Source: Azolla caroliniana
Taxonomy: Eukaryota > Plantae > Polypodiophyta
Assembly: GCA_043228905.1 (NCBI GenBank)
Contig: JBHGNT010000008.1
Span: 19,158,001-19,222,000 of the forward strand
Direction: 5' to 3'
Length of the DNA: 64,000 nucleotides
Shown: positions 23,301 to 36,696 of the stretch, piece after piece
Layout: each line of letters begins with the position of its first letter
How positions within the stretch are numbered: the stretch's first letter is position 1
Notes under the pieces: model-generated
Told to the model about the DNA's origin: nothing
Seen by the model: only the letters and a program-made list of their open reading frames with translations
The model's database searches: none
Position numbers and translations under genes: made by a program

Positions 23301-26006
23301 GAAATCAATGGCACATACTTCAAGACTAAGTACATCATAACTTGCCCACAAAATATTCTAGTTGACTTGATTAGCCAATCCTATTACCTATTTCGCTCTT
23401 TCCTAAATACATTGTGTCCTACACATCTACGGTTTCCTAGATTAACATCTTATCAACCCATATGGTCAAGTTGCACCCTAGTCACTCCTCATTTGGGGCA
23501 CTATCACAAAATGTGCACTCTAAGAGCACATATGGGGATAGATTTACAACTTCAGGCTGATCATTGATTATATCTAACATAGAGCTATCACATAACAAAG
23601 GTGTTACAATAGATCAGGCAATAGCAATTTGCCGTGCACATAGGACCTGGCGTCATGGACCATGATCTCAACAGATAAAAGCCATTATTTCCCCCCACTG
23701 CGGGTGCTTCCCTCGATTCTCAGACCTGTCCATTCTGGATCGACCTATGCCAGAGATATTTCGAAGACAAATATGACAATCTATCTGATTTGAGAATCTT
23801 ACATGTACTGATAACACAATTATTTAGTCACTTTTTTACTTCTCCTTTTTTTTACTTAGCAACATTTATTTTGGTTTGTTGTTTCAAAGACGTGAAAACA
23901 CGTGACCAAGCGGTAATCTCTTGTTTGGTCTTGCAGGCCATTTGCAACTTGAAAAAGTATAGGGTTATCTCTGCAACCAAATCTAATTGTTTGATTTATT
24001 AACTAAATCTTCACTACCTTTCAAATTGGACAAAGCTGGTTTCATTCAGTGCTTGCATTTTCCTCTTGCTGTTTTGTGTCCTGATTCTTGTTGATTGCGG
24101 ATGCAATTGTATCAGCTTCCTCATGAATCACAAGGTTCACCAAGTTTGGTCACCTTGAATGCTGAGATTGTGGTCTGCTACGAAATTCAGTATCTGAAGT
24201 TTGCTCCTGCTGGTTTGTTTTAGGCAAAAAAATGTAATGTGGCACTGTAAGAAAGATGCAATGGATACTGTTGTATTACTGTTCCTATTATAGATGCTGT
24301 AAAACTATATTGAATTTTATAAGATACTTTTCTCTGGTTATTTCATACGTCAAGACTAAATATCTAAATTTCTATGGAACCTTTTCTTTCACTTTCCATC
24401 ACCCGACTAAGATTCTAAAATTATTGTTGGCTTGTAAATAGTGTTTCTGCAAGGGAACCAAGTGCACATGTTGCAACTGTAAAGAGGATATTGGAGAATC
24501 ATGCAGGCTACCTTATGTCCAATAAGATGCTTTGTGAACTTGTTGCCTTTGTTAAAGGCACCCAGTTTGACTTGACGGTACATTCTATTTGGACATTTAA
24601 AGGTATGTTATTTCATAATGCACCAGATGAATTAAATTCATGTTTTCTCTTTGTAATTTTTAGGAATTCTTGCAATCGTCAAGTGGCAGATCTGCTCGTT
24701 TACAGGACTTCCCATCTGCTTTACAGATTGTTGGTCAAAAGGTACTTCAATTTGGATGTCATGTCTGAAATCTTTGGATGTAGATTTGTTTGCCGCAACA
24801 GATATATATTAGACATTGCATGTTATCACTTGTGTAAGGCTCTGTATAAGCAATCCCTGCCTAGTAACTTGAGTGACATCATAGTACGTAATATACTCGA
24901 ATGCATTGGCAAACATTCTTTTTCATACGAATGCAAATGAATGCGTATGTTATCAAAACATTCTTATGTTTTTTTTACACTTCTTACCTTAACTTTCTTA
25001 CCTTAAAAAACTTTTATCTTATAATAAATAATGAATACAAAAGTATGGTAGTTACCATACTTCGAGGGTGTTTACCATACTCGAATGATAGAAACATTCT
25101 GGAATGCTAATACACGTATGGTACGTATGGTTCACACACTGAGTGACATCATAAAGAAAAGAAAGATATGTATAAGCAATCCCTGCCTAGTAATGTGAGT
25201 GACATCATAAAAAAAGAAAGATATTTATAAGCAATTCTGGTCTAGTAACAGTCATTGCAGCCTGTGATGGTAGCTTCATTGATGCTTGCTGTATTACAGC
25301 TCAATCATTAATCACTGAACTGATGGGAAGTGAGTATGTGTATGATATTCAAAGAGTAATAGATATGCAATCTAGTAGCGAATGAGAATTCTACATGATC
25401 TCATCTGATGATTTGGTGGGAAAACCTTAGTGTATACTAGCTATATTCTGCTCTTTCTGGACCTTGAAATGTAACTAAATTCTGCTTGTGTGTTGATTCT
25501 TTTTTATTGCAGTTAGATATGAATATACTGCAGAGCCGCTTAGATGCAGAGTTTCTCTTGGCCCATATGTGTACTGTGGGGTTCAAAGAATGGATTGTTG
25601 TGCTTGCAACTTTGCTAAGACGCACAGAAGTGAGATGTGCTTTAATATTCTCTTTACCATACACATTACATATTTAATAGCATTTTGTGTATAAGTATTC
25701 AGTCCTCCCTGGTAACACAGATCTTATGTTTTGAACAATTTATAGGTCTTACTAGATATTTTCAGAGGTGACCACCGCTTATGGAATGCATATAGTCAAA
25801 CTCTCAGGGTAATTTCTCATAGCATGTTTACCACTGCCGACTTCTTCCAATAGTATCTTTCAAATCTCTTTACTCACCACTGACTATAATTATTTTGACA
25901 GCTACACACGGAATTCTCGGACTTTGAAGACTTGCTTTGTTTAATTGATCAATCTCTTGAGTTTCAACAACCACAATTGCATAACGAAAAGAATATAGAG
26001 ATCTAG
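8324..26006 (+). CDS. RIC1: RIC1 homolog (Rab6/RabH GEF complex subunit), ~1138 aa, 23 exons: 8324-8464, 12779-12886, 13524-13672, 13750-13831, 13911-14317, 14957-15392, 15476-15699, 16274-16469, 16543-16715, 16796-16970, 17081-17134, 17210-17389, 18569-18681, 21616-21798, 21938-21995, 22203-22262, 22336-22377, 22467-22603, 24442-24577, 24664-24741, 25513-25629, 25746-25808, 25902-26006
   Basis: Diagnostic motifs MYIAYGWP, WTPDNTAFAVGW, KKWRVFGD, LDPELEFDREVYPLG, PHFSHCLEWLLFTVFD, VARKTDGRHW, LDAEFLLAHMC. Exon sum 3417 nt stays in frame with GT(GC)-AG boundaries. Confidence 0.95.
9060..10170 (+). mobile_element. Ty1/copia gag-protease remnant in RIC1 intron 1
   Basis: ILDGTNY gag motif, CHHCGKKGRFKHDC zinc knuckle, WILDSSA protease. 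Broken by stops and frameshifts. Confidence 0.8.
10902..11612 (-). mobile_element. 5'-truncated LINE (family A) antisense in RIC1 intron 1
   Basis: ORF2 C-terminus 'MRLSSHALRCEIGRWG...LCTLCPEQVRE..EYHTLIQC'. 3' stem-loop GGTCA-AATA-TGACC and (AGAT)n tail on + strand. Confidence 0.8.
11626..12465. repeat. 85-bp palindrome followed by a triplicated ~150-bp unit and a duplicated ~120-bp unit
   Basis: CTCTAAAAGATTG...GTGCCCAAGAAACAT at ~11711, ~11889 and ~12197. GTGTTCACGCCTAGC...GAAATGTA at ~12032 and ~12343. Confidence 0.85.
18918..19640 (-). mobile_element. Two copies of family-B short retroposon-like repeat
   Basis: (GAAA)n-GATATTAACATCTTTT..GGCC..GGCCTATAAGACCAAACAAGAG at ~18920 and ~19410. 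Homologous to 23640-23960, 50665-50850 and 54180-54470. Confidence 0.65.
20294..20819 (-). mobile_element. Solo LTR in RIC1 intron 13
   Basis: TG...CA ends, perfect 5-bp TSD AATCT, minus-strand TGGTATGGGACGC motif shared with the LTR at 43782-44232. Confidence 0.75.
22942..23579. mobile_element. Solo LTR in RIC1 intron 18
   Basis: TGTTAGA...TCTAACA termini, TSD CAGAG/TAGAG (one C>T). Confidence 0.75.
23640..23960 (+). mobile_element. Family-B short retroposon-like repeat (sense copy)
   Basis: Reverse complement of 18950-19250 (CCATTCTGGATCGACCTATGC; CTCTTGTTTGGTCTT..AGGCCAT). Confidence 0.65.
24880..25141 (+). mobile_element. Non-autonomous hAT-like element in RIC1 intron 20
   Basis: Perfect 8-bp TSD AGTGACAT, ends CATAGT...ACACTG. 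Inserted into a ~57-bp tandem unit (TATAAGCAATCCCTGCCTAGTAA). Confidence 0.75.
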
Positions 26007-27266
26007 TATTAGAATTGGCTATATTTCTGTACACATACTTTTCCGTATTCATATTTGTACCCAGCTTCTGCTGGTGTTCATTATAATTAATTCCTCTTAA
26101 ATTTTGTCTGCCTTCGCTGTTGTTAATGCTGCCTAAATAGTTCATGGAATATGGTTACTAAGTCCTTCTGGAATCTGGCATTGAAATCTCTTTCCGGTGG
26201 TCAAATGACTGGAGATTCGTTTATTATGATGTGTACATTTTCACACCTATTAAATATTCTATGTAATTCCTGGCTTCTGGGCACATTTGGTATCTTGTAA
26301 CATACCAAGAGAGAATAGTCAATGTTATCATGGATGTCTATAAAGAACAGTATACATTAAAATAAATAGAGGAAGGTTGTTATGTGCTCTTCAAGACTGG
26401 TTTCTTTAAGGGAGTGGATCACTTTCGAGCAGCATTCTACAAGAGCCTTGTTGTACTGATATGTTTATGTTGGGAATCAATCAGACTAAGACTAACTTAT
26501 TTAGTACAATTGCCTATTATTAACTTGATATTATTAAACTTTATTGTGATTCTTATGGTGAATGATATAATTGTGCATCCTTCAACTGACTTTTCATTAA
26601 TGCTCAGTGGGCTACTAACTCACTGTTTTAATTAAACATTTCTTGGTCATTTGACTAATGGTTAGTCCCATTCTAATTTAGTTGCACAATTACGTAAGGT
26701 TATGTTATACATTACTTAAAGATCCACCTCTTAAAACCAAAACTTGACTTTTTCTGAAGACAACCAGCCAACAGTAGCTATAATAAGATAAGTTACCCAC
26801 AACAATGTTTATAATTAATGTTGTCAATTGAGTGCCCCATGCAATGATCTTGATTGCAATAAAAATGTTCATACCACTTGGATGAAGGCAGTCATTCACC
26901 TTATAATGGCATGGACCAAGGTCCAAGATTATGATTGCAAGTCCCATCCAACTTTTGTGCCCACTCCTAATTGTGAGATTGTAAACAATTGTTGACCACA
27001 AAGGAGCCATCCATCCAAATAGGTTTGGTGGCCAAGAATATAAAACAAATGGCGTTGTACAATGTCAAGCAATCAATGTTTGCTATGAGAATGCAACAAA
27101 ACTATGGGTTGAAAAGAAAGCTCTAATGGCCTATTATTTGACACAAGAAGTACAACATAATCTTGAAAGGCTAGGCATGAAACCTACAAGTGAGATGGTA
27201 AACCCATATTGAATGTTGGTAAGCCATCCCACTATTGAAACTCTTATGCTTAATTGTGTGATCCTA

Positions 27267-28545
27267 TGATACACCTCATTATATTCTTCATGAACCAATA
27301 GAAGTTAAGGAACCAGAATTACTAACCAAACTACCACATATTAGCTTTCTCAAACTCATTAATATCCATCCCATCCTTAATTAACAGTCCTTGATCATTA
27401 TTACATATGAAACTAAAGTTAAGCAATATAATAAGAGATAATGATAAAATATAAAATATTGTTGGTGTCCCATACCACTGAATATTACCTTATCTTATTC
27501 CTCGGTGGTGGTTTAATAGATTCCAAGGAAAGAGCTTAATCAACAATGATATCATTATGAAGGGGGTATCTAGCCCCCTTTATAGAGTCCAACACATATT
27601 CCTACATGTCATAGGTCTTATGGGTTTGTCCCAAGTAGTAGGATTATCATATCCTAAAACGATTAAATTTAGTTTTAAATTCGGTCTTTATGGTTATGCA
27701 TGTAACATGCTCTCCATTTCCAAAAAACATTGCACTCTTGAAATAACAAATCAAAATCAAAGTTAGATTTAAGAGTGCGCTCTTTTTCCCAAGCAACATC
27801 ACTCATGGTTTGATCCAAACTTTTTGAATTATTGAATTTGTTTAGATCTCAAATGTTTTGTTCAAGCATTAAAAAATCTCTCTAACAAATGATTAATCCT
27901 TGTGAAGTACTAGATTTTTCATGGTTATTATATTGTCAATGAAACCAATAAGTTCTTTGAGGTGGCTAGCATGGAAAACAAAATGAACATCGACAACACC
28001 AAGAAGGTTGAGATGATAGGCAATTGAACCAATACACTTTAAGACTATGAACGGTCCACAACGATGTTGGGCTAATATAGCACACTTATCCACATGCTCA
28101 AATCATATCCTTAATAATTCAATTGACTCGTTCTATTTAATCATTAGACTACGGATTATATGAGGAACTAAGACCCTAGTGCCAAAACCGCAACTATTAT
28201 AATCTCTTTCACTGACTACATCAATAACCCATAAAATTGTAATAACTTGTGTAAATGATTTGGAAAGCCAATTCATGAGTTATCGTTGTTTTAATGTATA
28301 TAAACCTTGCTAATTTTGTTAGTTGATCAATGATAATCCATTAGATTCATAACCTCTTTATGTTCAAGGTAAGGTAACAATAAAATCCATAGATATAATT
28401 TTCTATTTATTGTAAGGAATATTTAGCAGATGCAAAAGATTGGCAATTTTATTATAAGGAATATATAGTATATGCAATTAGATATTCACCACATAATGTG
28501 AATATTTGATTGCATATTTTTGCACTTGGTGGCATAATTTAGGCT
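27267..28545 (-). mobile_element. Degenerate Ty3/gypsy (chromovirus-like) integrase 3' region with PPT and 3' LTR (~27267-27707)
   Basis: Minus strand 'GPFIVLKCIGSIAYHLNL...VFHASHLK' GPY/F module and 'ISMDFIVTLP' integrase remnant. Purine tract GGAAATGGAGAG before TGTTACA. Left LTR end uncertain. Confidence 0.65.
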
Positions 28546-28595
28546 AGACACCTATTGAGGGTGTATCATGATATGAGGAGCTCTAAAACACTAAT

Positions 28596-29049
28596 TGTTG
28601 GTCGAAGGTGTGAAAGGGAACAGGAAGCCAAGCACAAAAAGCTGAACATGTGAAGCTAGCTAAGGACCGAATGAGGTGTTACTATAACACCAAGTATTTA
28701 ACGAGTAAAAAAGATTGTAACCAACCATGCTCCCCTAGAAGAGGAAGCATGGAATAGTATATATAAGGATTGTGTGAATGAGAGAGGAAGAGAGTAGATT
28801 TAAACGAGGAATTTTACAAAGAGGGTTGAGTGTTTCTAAGGGAATAGAGACTCTACCAACAATCGATATCGTTATTTGTAACAAAGTTGTAACCTTAATA
28901 TATGATTCTATCTTGTGGGAAAACTCTACGTGGTCTATCTTGTGTTATAAGGTGTTGGATCTCGTGTTATTGTGTAGTCGCGTGCCTGTAATCAGTTGTA
29001 GCCGATTCGATAGAATTGGTTACACAATTCATCATTTGGTTTCAGAACC
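28596..29049 (+). mobile_element. 5' LTR (28596-29034) with degenerate tRNA-iMet PBS
   Basis: TGTTG...CATCA, TATATAA box, followed by TGGTTTCAGAACC (canonical TGGTATCAGAGCC). Confidence 0.65.
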
Positions 29050-29209
29050 TAAGATAGGCAATTGGCACGACAACTCCCGGTTGTGCACTACACGGCCTAC
29101 CGAAATCAGAGTTCTTCTTCTTTCGGCAAGGGGCGTTGCAATGATGCCATTTGTTGCTGGTTTAGGCGCTATATCTATAGTTAATACGCGATCGAGTGCA
29201 CAATGAGAA

Positions 29210-29815
29210 CGCACTACCCAATCTATCACTCCTGCACACACACATTAGAACAATGCGAATACAACTTGCTCAATAGAGTGACAGCTCCAGTGTGCCAAAT
29301 CAAGCCCCGCAACGATCGAATGCGGAATGAGGATAGATTCCACCAACCGATTCGATTTAGGGATCAAGACCGAGCCTACTATGAGGAGTGCTTAGCGGAG
29401 AACAGATACGACGATGATAACTACATATATGACCGAGAACACTACGAGGAAGAGTATGCACCTCGGTACGCAAGAGAGCCACGTAGTGAGAGGAGGCCAT
29501 GCAACAATGCGAATATTGGTCGATTCGCGAGCATGTCACGAATGACAGAGCAAACGGTGTCAACACAATGGCATAGAGAGGATAATCTGCCTAACAATCG
29601 CCGTTTTCGACCTCACGAGGATCAAAGGGACAATCGGCACCCCCGACAAGCGCAACATTATAATCCTTAGCCACGGGACGAACCTACTCGGAAACCACCA
29701 ACAACAACAGAACGAGGGGAATCGAGTCTGGTGGCACGCATCATGCTACAATTGCCACAAACCAGGGCACTATGCTACTCGATGCCCAGAAAATGATCGA
29801 GGGAAGGCCCTAGTC
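29210..29815 (+). pseudogene. gag fragment of a sister family of the main gypsy element
   Basis: HTLEQCEYNLLNRVTAPVCQIKPRN versus HTMEQCEYNLLNRQTPLVRQIEPRSN at ~31945. A second knuckle remnant (CYNC..PGHYATRC) at ~29744. Confidence 0.8.
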
Positions 29816-30225
29816 CATAACTAGAAACTGTGATGAACAGATATGCAATAATCGGAATCCGTGGGGAATAACTCGTTTACGTACAATCCCACGTATATGG
29901 CACACTCGTCATACATAGGATTGTACATAAATGAGTGCATAAGTGTGAGGGTATGTGGATTGTTAAATGTAAGGTCATTGGGTTAAAAGTATTGTTGTAA
30001 GTGTGTGCAAGTGTGCACAAAAGTGAGTATAAGTATATTGATATGTGTAAACACATGCACTATTGTTTGCATGTGTATAAATATGGAAGAGTGTTGTAAA
30101 GTGGGTGTAGGTTGTTGGAAGGGTATGTAACTATCCCACATGCCTTATTGTATTTTCTTGGATTGTGACCCTCATGTACTACCTATATAACCCCACCCAT
30201 GGGGCATGAATGAGAAATTGAAGAA

Positions 30226-30666
30226 TGTTATCCGGCCGGTAAAGGAGTTAAAGACCAGAATGTGAAAGGGAATGGTTATTCGGAATAGATTATAATTAAG
30301 TAGTTTATGAGACATGAACGGACGGACCGGAATCGGTATGCCGATCCGGATCAGGATCGGTTACGAACAGGTGCCGGTTAGCACCGTTTTGTACTTAGCA
30401 CCGGTGACCTATATAAAGGCCCGGTTACAATGTAAAACTTTGACGGATAATTAATAGAGCTTCTTGTTTATCTTGAAGTATTGATTACCGTTCTGTACTA
30501 ATTGTTCTATCATACGCGTGTATCAAGTCTAATGCCATAGTGCTAAGTAACTAATTAAGTCTGATTAATCGTTGTGTCTTAAGTTATCTCGCCGTAACAC
30601 CCCTTTGGTGAAGTGTCTTCCGTAGACACCCTGTGTTAGGCCATTGTTCGGCCCTAAGGAATAACA
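30226..30666 (+). repeat. 5' LTR
   Basis: Direct repeat of 39719-40159, TATATAAA box, followed by putative PBS TGGCAACCACG. Confidence 0.95.
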
Positions 30667-30721
30667 CAGTTTTTGGCAACCACGATTCCTGCACAAGCGC
30701 AACGAACAGTGGCAGGAATGG

Positions 30722-33700
30722 ATGACGCGACCAACGAACGACCCGGTTACAGAGCGAGCAAGGAGACTTGCTGAACGACTGAGGAAGCGAGAGGCTTTCC
30801 AGCAAGCGGCAGAAGAAATCAGAGCAGATCGCTCATTTTCCAAAGTGATCCGGAGAGTGGCCAAGGAGTCACTTCATTTACAACAAAACAACTACCTGGA
30901 CAAAGGAAGCAGCCTAAGCAGCCTCCGGGAAGCTGAATCCCTTCTCTAGGCATTGGCAGCGGGCGAAGGTGAATCCGAAGCATTTTCTGCTTTTGAATCG
31001 GGTTCGGACGGGGAATACATCGCGCAGACGAACTACCGCAGTAGTAACGACACCCCAGACGGACCGGAGGATGAGGAATCAGATACCTTGCTGACACTGG
31101 AACCAGAAGTGACAACGTTAGAACCTCCGGCACCAAAAGTCGAGCACACTCTGGAACCAGAAGTCGAGGACGAGAGACCTCTGACACTGGAAGTCGCGGA
31201 GGAGAGGCCTCCAACACCGACAGAGGAGCGGGATAGACCTCCGACGCCGACAGAGGAGGAAAGACCACCGACACCAGACGACAATATGTTGTTCCAATAT
31301 CCCAAATACCGGGATTATCCGGACGTGGAGGCTCACGTCCATGCGTTTCAGCAGACCTGGGAGGCAAACCATGTGTCCCAACACTTAAATGCGGCCGAAG
31401 AGGAACGCTCAAAAAGGGCAGAGTTCGGCATGACCCTGGAGGGACCGGCAGCCAGATGGCACCGAACACAAGATCCCAGCACCATCCCCACGTTTGAAAC
31501 ATTAAAGACAAAATTCTTGCATTTCTTTCACAAGGAGATGGACCAACGGGAAATGGTAGGCTTATTTTACAGTATCCGACAGGAACCAACGGAGAACATT
31601 CAACAGTTTGTCATCCAGTTCTAGCGGATCCACAGCTAGCTCAGTCGGACACCATCGGAGGAAGAAACAAAGGCCATATTCTTAGCAGCACTCCAGGAAC
31701 CCTTACGAACGGTGTGCACCGTCATTGACTTCCGCACCAGCAACATAGATCAAATGATCGACCGAGTACGGGAAATGGAAAACTCAAGTTCATGGCTAAC
31801 CATGGGTGCACTTCAGTGTGCACTACCGATAGATGAGGAGCTCTGTTTCCCGCAAGCAATTCAATGTACGACATGCTTGAATGTCGGACATTCGGCGCTG
31901 GAATGCACCATTCGTTCCCAATGCTTGCTTTGCCACTCCAGAAGCCACACAATGGAACAGTGTGAGTATAACTTGTTAAATCGGCAAACACCACTGGTTC
32001 GGCAAATTGAACCACGAAGCAACCGGGAAGAAGAAGAAGAACGATGGCGGCGAGAGGAGCGCTACCGGCCGACACAAGATGTCCGGTATAGCGATCAATG
32101 AGATGCTTATGACCGGTATGACATACATGATAGATACCGGGACTATAATGGACAGTACGAGAGATACAACCGGGATCACTCCCCGGGGTACAACCAACGA
32201 CGGGACGACTATGGCAAGTATGACGACCAACCCCGTCAAGGTTACCGCAACAAAAAGAATTTCAACAAGAAATGTCATTTCAACAAAAAGGGGGGTCATC
32301 CACGGGAATCGGAAAAGGGTGCTCCAAGCAGCCAACCGGACCAAAACCAAGCACTTACCACAGGACCTTAACCAAGCACACACACCGAATCCAGCCACAC
32401 CCGAAAGATGTACTGCTATTATTGCCGACAAGAAGGCCACTATAGTAATCAATGTCCGGCGAAGAGCTACGACAAGCAACCAACGATGCACATGGTAGAC
32501 GCGGAAGTCGGACATACAACAAGTCACTACAAGATCAAAAGGCAAAGCCACGGAGTGGGAAACTCAAGAAGCCATCCAAAAGCAGGCAACCGAATGGGTT
32601 AAGAAAGCAAACGAGCGGAATGCGGCAAATTTCGAACAACAAAAGGATTATGCTGAAGAGCTCACCGGCCTGGGGCAGCCTGAAAACCCAACATGGCAGG
32701 CATTGCAAGAATGCCAAATAACGCTACCATTAGGCCGACTATTGCAATTGGTACCACGCTTCACGGAAGGACTGAAGACAAGAAGGATGGCAGCCGACAC
32801 GCCACCAGCTCCCGCATTCTTTTCAAATCCGGAGGAAGGACTTGCAGTGGTAGACACGAGTAGTCCGTCTATCACAACCATCGTGAAAGGAAAAGAGCTA
32901 ACTGGCACGATTATTGATGGAGGATCCGGCGTGAACGTGATCAGCCTCCGAACGTGTAACACTCTAGGAATCCATGACTGGGAACCATGCCCATTTTGGC
33001 TTCGGATGGAGGACACAAGCTCAGTACGGCCAACCGGATTAATACGTGATTTGGAAGTGACCATCGGGGGTCACACATTTCGCATTTCCGCCGTAGTTCT
33101 CCAGCTACAGGCTCAGGGAGCTTACCTACCATTCTTGGGACGCCCTTGGTTAAAAACAACACACATCAAGCAAAACTGGAGGAAGAATATCATTACATTC
33201 CGGCGTGGAAAAGTGAAAGTGCGAGTACCGACTCAACCACGGTCCGGTACCGGCAAGGAATCGACGTCGCTATATGCGGAATGTGTCAACATGCTGGAAG
33301 GATTGGCGGACGAAGAGATAGATCAATACTTACAGGAAAATCCGAAGATTGTACCTGTGTTCGAGATTGATATAGTCGAAGCAGTATCACCGTACCTACT
33401 GCAACCGGATGGGACCAACAAGGAACCGGATAAAGAAGCAATTCGGGAATTACGGCAAGCACAGGAGGCACTGGAAAGAGAAATGGCAGTGTCGCAACGC
33501 ATAAAAGCATCCCAACTAGAAGAGGTAAACCTAGGTACCACAGAGGACACAAGACCGGTGCACATCGCCAAGGAAATGACCCCGGAGAACAAAACGGCAA
33601 TGATCACACTCCTAAAAGAATTTCGCGATGTGTTCGCCTGATCCTATGAGGACATGTGGGGACTTGATCCTTAGTTATATCAACACCAGATACATCTGAG

Positions 33701-36491
33701 TAAAGACGCCAAACCGGTAGCGCAACGGATGAACCTGAATTACGCAGCAAAAGTCAAAGAAGAAATCGACAAGTTGCTAAGGGTTGGCTTCATCCGACCG
33801 GTAAAGAAAGCCACCTGGCTCAATCCGATAGTCGTAGTACCGAAAAAGAACGGTAAGATAAGAGTTTGTGTCGACTACCAGAAATTAAATGCGGCTACGG
33901 TAATAGGCGCCTTTCCACTTCCATTCACGGATGGAGTCCTGGATGTGATCGCCGGTCATGAGGTCTACAGTTTTCTTGACGGTTTCAGCGGCTATAATCA
34001 GATTCGGATGCACCCCAACGACCAGGAGAAAACCGCTTTTGTCACCGAATGGGGAGTCTTTGTTGCCGTAGTTATGATGTTCGGACTGAAAACGGCGCTG
34101 GCAACCTTCCAACGGATCATCATGGAGATTTTCGGAGAATTCATACTGGCATTCATGCAGGTGTTCTTGGACGACTTCGCTATTTATAGCCGAGAAGGGG
34201 ATCACCTTCAGCACCTTCGACTATGTTTGGAGAAATGTAGGGTTTACTGGCTAAGCATTAACCTGGCAAAATGCGTGTTCGGACAGCGGAGCGTTACTGG
34301 GCCACATAGTAAGCAAGGACGGTATCGCAATGGATCCGGACAAAGTAAAAGCAATCCTAGAGGCACTGGCACCAGCCATGGCAAAGGCACTAAGCCGGTT
34401 CTTAGGACAAATTCGGTGGCATAGCCGAACGCTCCGGTATCTGGCAGACCTAGCTACACCATTGCATGCCGCGGTACACCGGACACCGTTCCGATGGATG
34501 GACACAAAAGACCAGGCTTACCAGGCACTAAAAGTATTGTTGTCACAAGTGTCGGTGGTGCAACCTCCGGATTGGTCTAAAGAGTTCCATGTGTTCGTTG
34601 ACGCGTCCGACATCGCAATCGGGAGCGCGCTTATGCAACTTACAAAACCAAAATGGTACCGGCCAGTGTATTATGCCAGCCGAAAGCTGTCCCAAGCAGA
34701 ACGTAATTATTCCACAACAGAAAGGGAGGCCTTGGGTATGATCTTTAGTGTTACCCAATATCTGTTGGGAAGGAAATTTTCCTTTCACGTAGATCATTCG
34801 GCGCTCCTCTACTTGGTGTCCAAAGCATCACTCACCAGTAAGCTGGCCCGGTGGACGTTACTATTAGAAGAATTTGAGTTCGAGATATTCCACCGACCTG
34901 GCATACAACATGCAGTAGCAGACTATTTGAGCCGGTTAGATTTCGGCAAAACCGGTGACGGTGTCCCAAACAACTTTCCGGATGCAAAGTTGTTTAGAGT
35001 TACAACAGAAACGGCAACGGATGGTACGGTCGCAGAGAAAGACAAGTGGCTCACCAACATGCACCAATTTCTGAGCACCGGCTTACCTCCGGAGGAGATG
35101 AACAGAGACGAAAGGAAACGCTTAGCGGTTCAAACCGACACTTCTGTCTACTATAGGACACACTGTACCACAAAGGCGTAGATGGCATATGGCGGCGTGC
35201 AGTGCGCAGCGATGAAAAGGAAATAATATTGTGCGAAGCACACTACGGAGTGGCTGGAGGACATTATGCCGGAGACGCTACGGCAAGGAAAATATGGCAG
35301 AGTGGACTATGGTGGCCGACAACATTGAAGGATGCAATCCTGTACGCTAAAGAATGTGACCTATGTCAGTGAATGGGTCAACCAACCGAACAAGCCAGAA
35401 TCCCTCACCAGCCCGTGTTACCGTTAGAACCATTTCCGAAATGGGGGCTGGATTTTGTCGGTCCAATCAAACCACCAGCAATGAGAATCGACAACCAGTA
35501 CGTAATCGTAGCTACGGATTATTGCACAAAATGGGTGGAAGCCAAAGCACTACGCGACAACACCGCGGCATCCACGACAAAATTTTTATATGAATACATC
35601 TGGTGTCGGTATGGATGTCCGATAGAGCTAATAACTGACCAAGGTGGGCACTTCTTAGGGCAAGTAGTGGAAAGTTTGACGACATTTTATGCGGTGGTGC
35701 ACAAACGGAGCACTCCCTATTATCCGCAAGCCAACGGATTAGCCGAGTCAACAAATAAAACACTACAGAACATCCTTCGAAAAATCGTCAATGAGAACCG
35801 AACGGATTGGGATACAAAGTTGCACATTGCACTCTAGGCCTACCGAACGGCATATAAGACAAGTATCTGCACAACACCGTTTCGCCTAGCATTCGGATTG
35901 GAAGCAGTGATGCCAGTCGAGTTCCAGGTACCGAGTTTACGAATACAGATTCGGGAACGCCTAAATGAGAAGGAATCGGAAGCTATCCGGTTAGTCGCGC
36001 TGTGCGAATTGGAAGAACACCGGCTAGCAAGCATCATGCACCTAGAACTAGAGCAACAACGAAGGAAAGCGTTTGTGGATCGTCACCGGAAAATGAACGA
36101 AAAGATGTTTGGAATCGGTAAGCCGGTACTAGTATTCCAGACCCGGATGGGTAAGATGTCGGGGAAGTTACGGTTCTGGTGGACCGGACCATACTGGATT
36201 ACGCGTGAATTCAACGGTTCGTACCAATTAGGGACACTCGCCGGCGAGGTTTTGGGTAAATGGGTCAATAGGTTCCGACTCAAACCAAACAATGGACCCA
36301 TGCCAAGAAACCCATCTGAACAAGTAAAGGCCGACACAGAGCCGGACACCGGTAAGTCGGAGGAAACAGGAACACAATTCGCAATAGGCAAGAGGGAGCA
36401 CGAGCCGGCAAGTCCCACAATTTGGATAGGGGTCCGGCAGGACCGGAGGCGAATTAACCAAACAATTTTTATTAAAAAAATAAAAAAATAA
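30722..36491 (+). pseudogene. gag-pol of the gypsy element (premature stops and frameshifts)
   Basis: Gag with CCHC knuckles, PR IIDGGSG, RT YSFLDGFSGYNQI and VFLDDF, RH VDASDIAIG and YASRKLSQAERNYSTTERE, INT HHCC with WGLDFVGP and YYPQANGLAE, GPY module. Confidence 0.92.
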
Positions 36492-36696
36492 AAAAAATCA
36501 AATAGAATAGAATCAATCAAAGTAAATCATGCAAGGGTGAGGTGTGAACGGACACATGCAAGAACAAGGAGTGAACAGGCACTTTGAAAAGGTACGTAGT
36601 GGGCTATTAATAGGATATTAAACCGCCGCCACATGGCACGTCATTCTATTTTAGTACACGACGTGCACACACGCGAGTCAGAAAAAAGGCGCCAAC

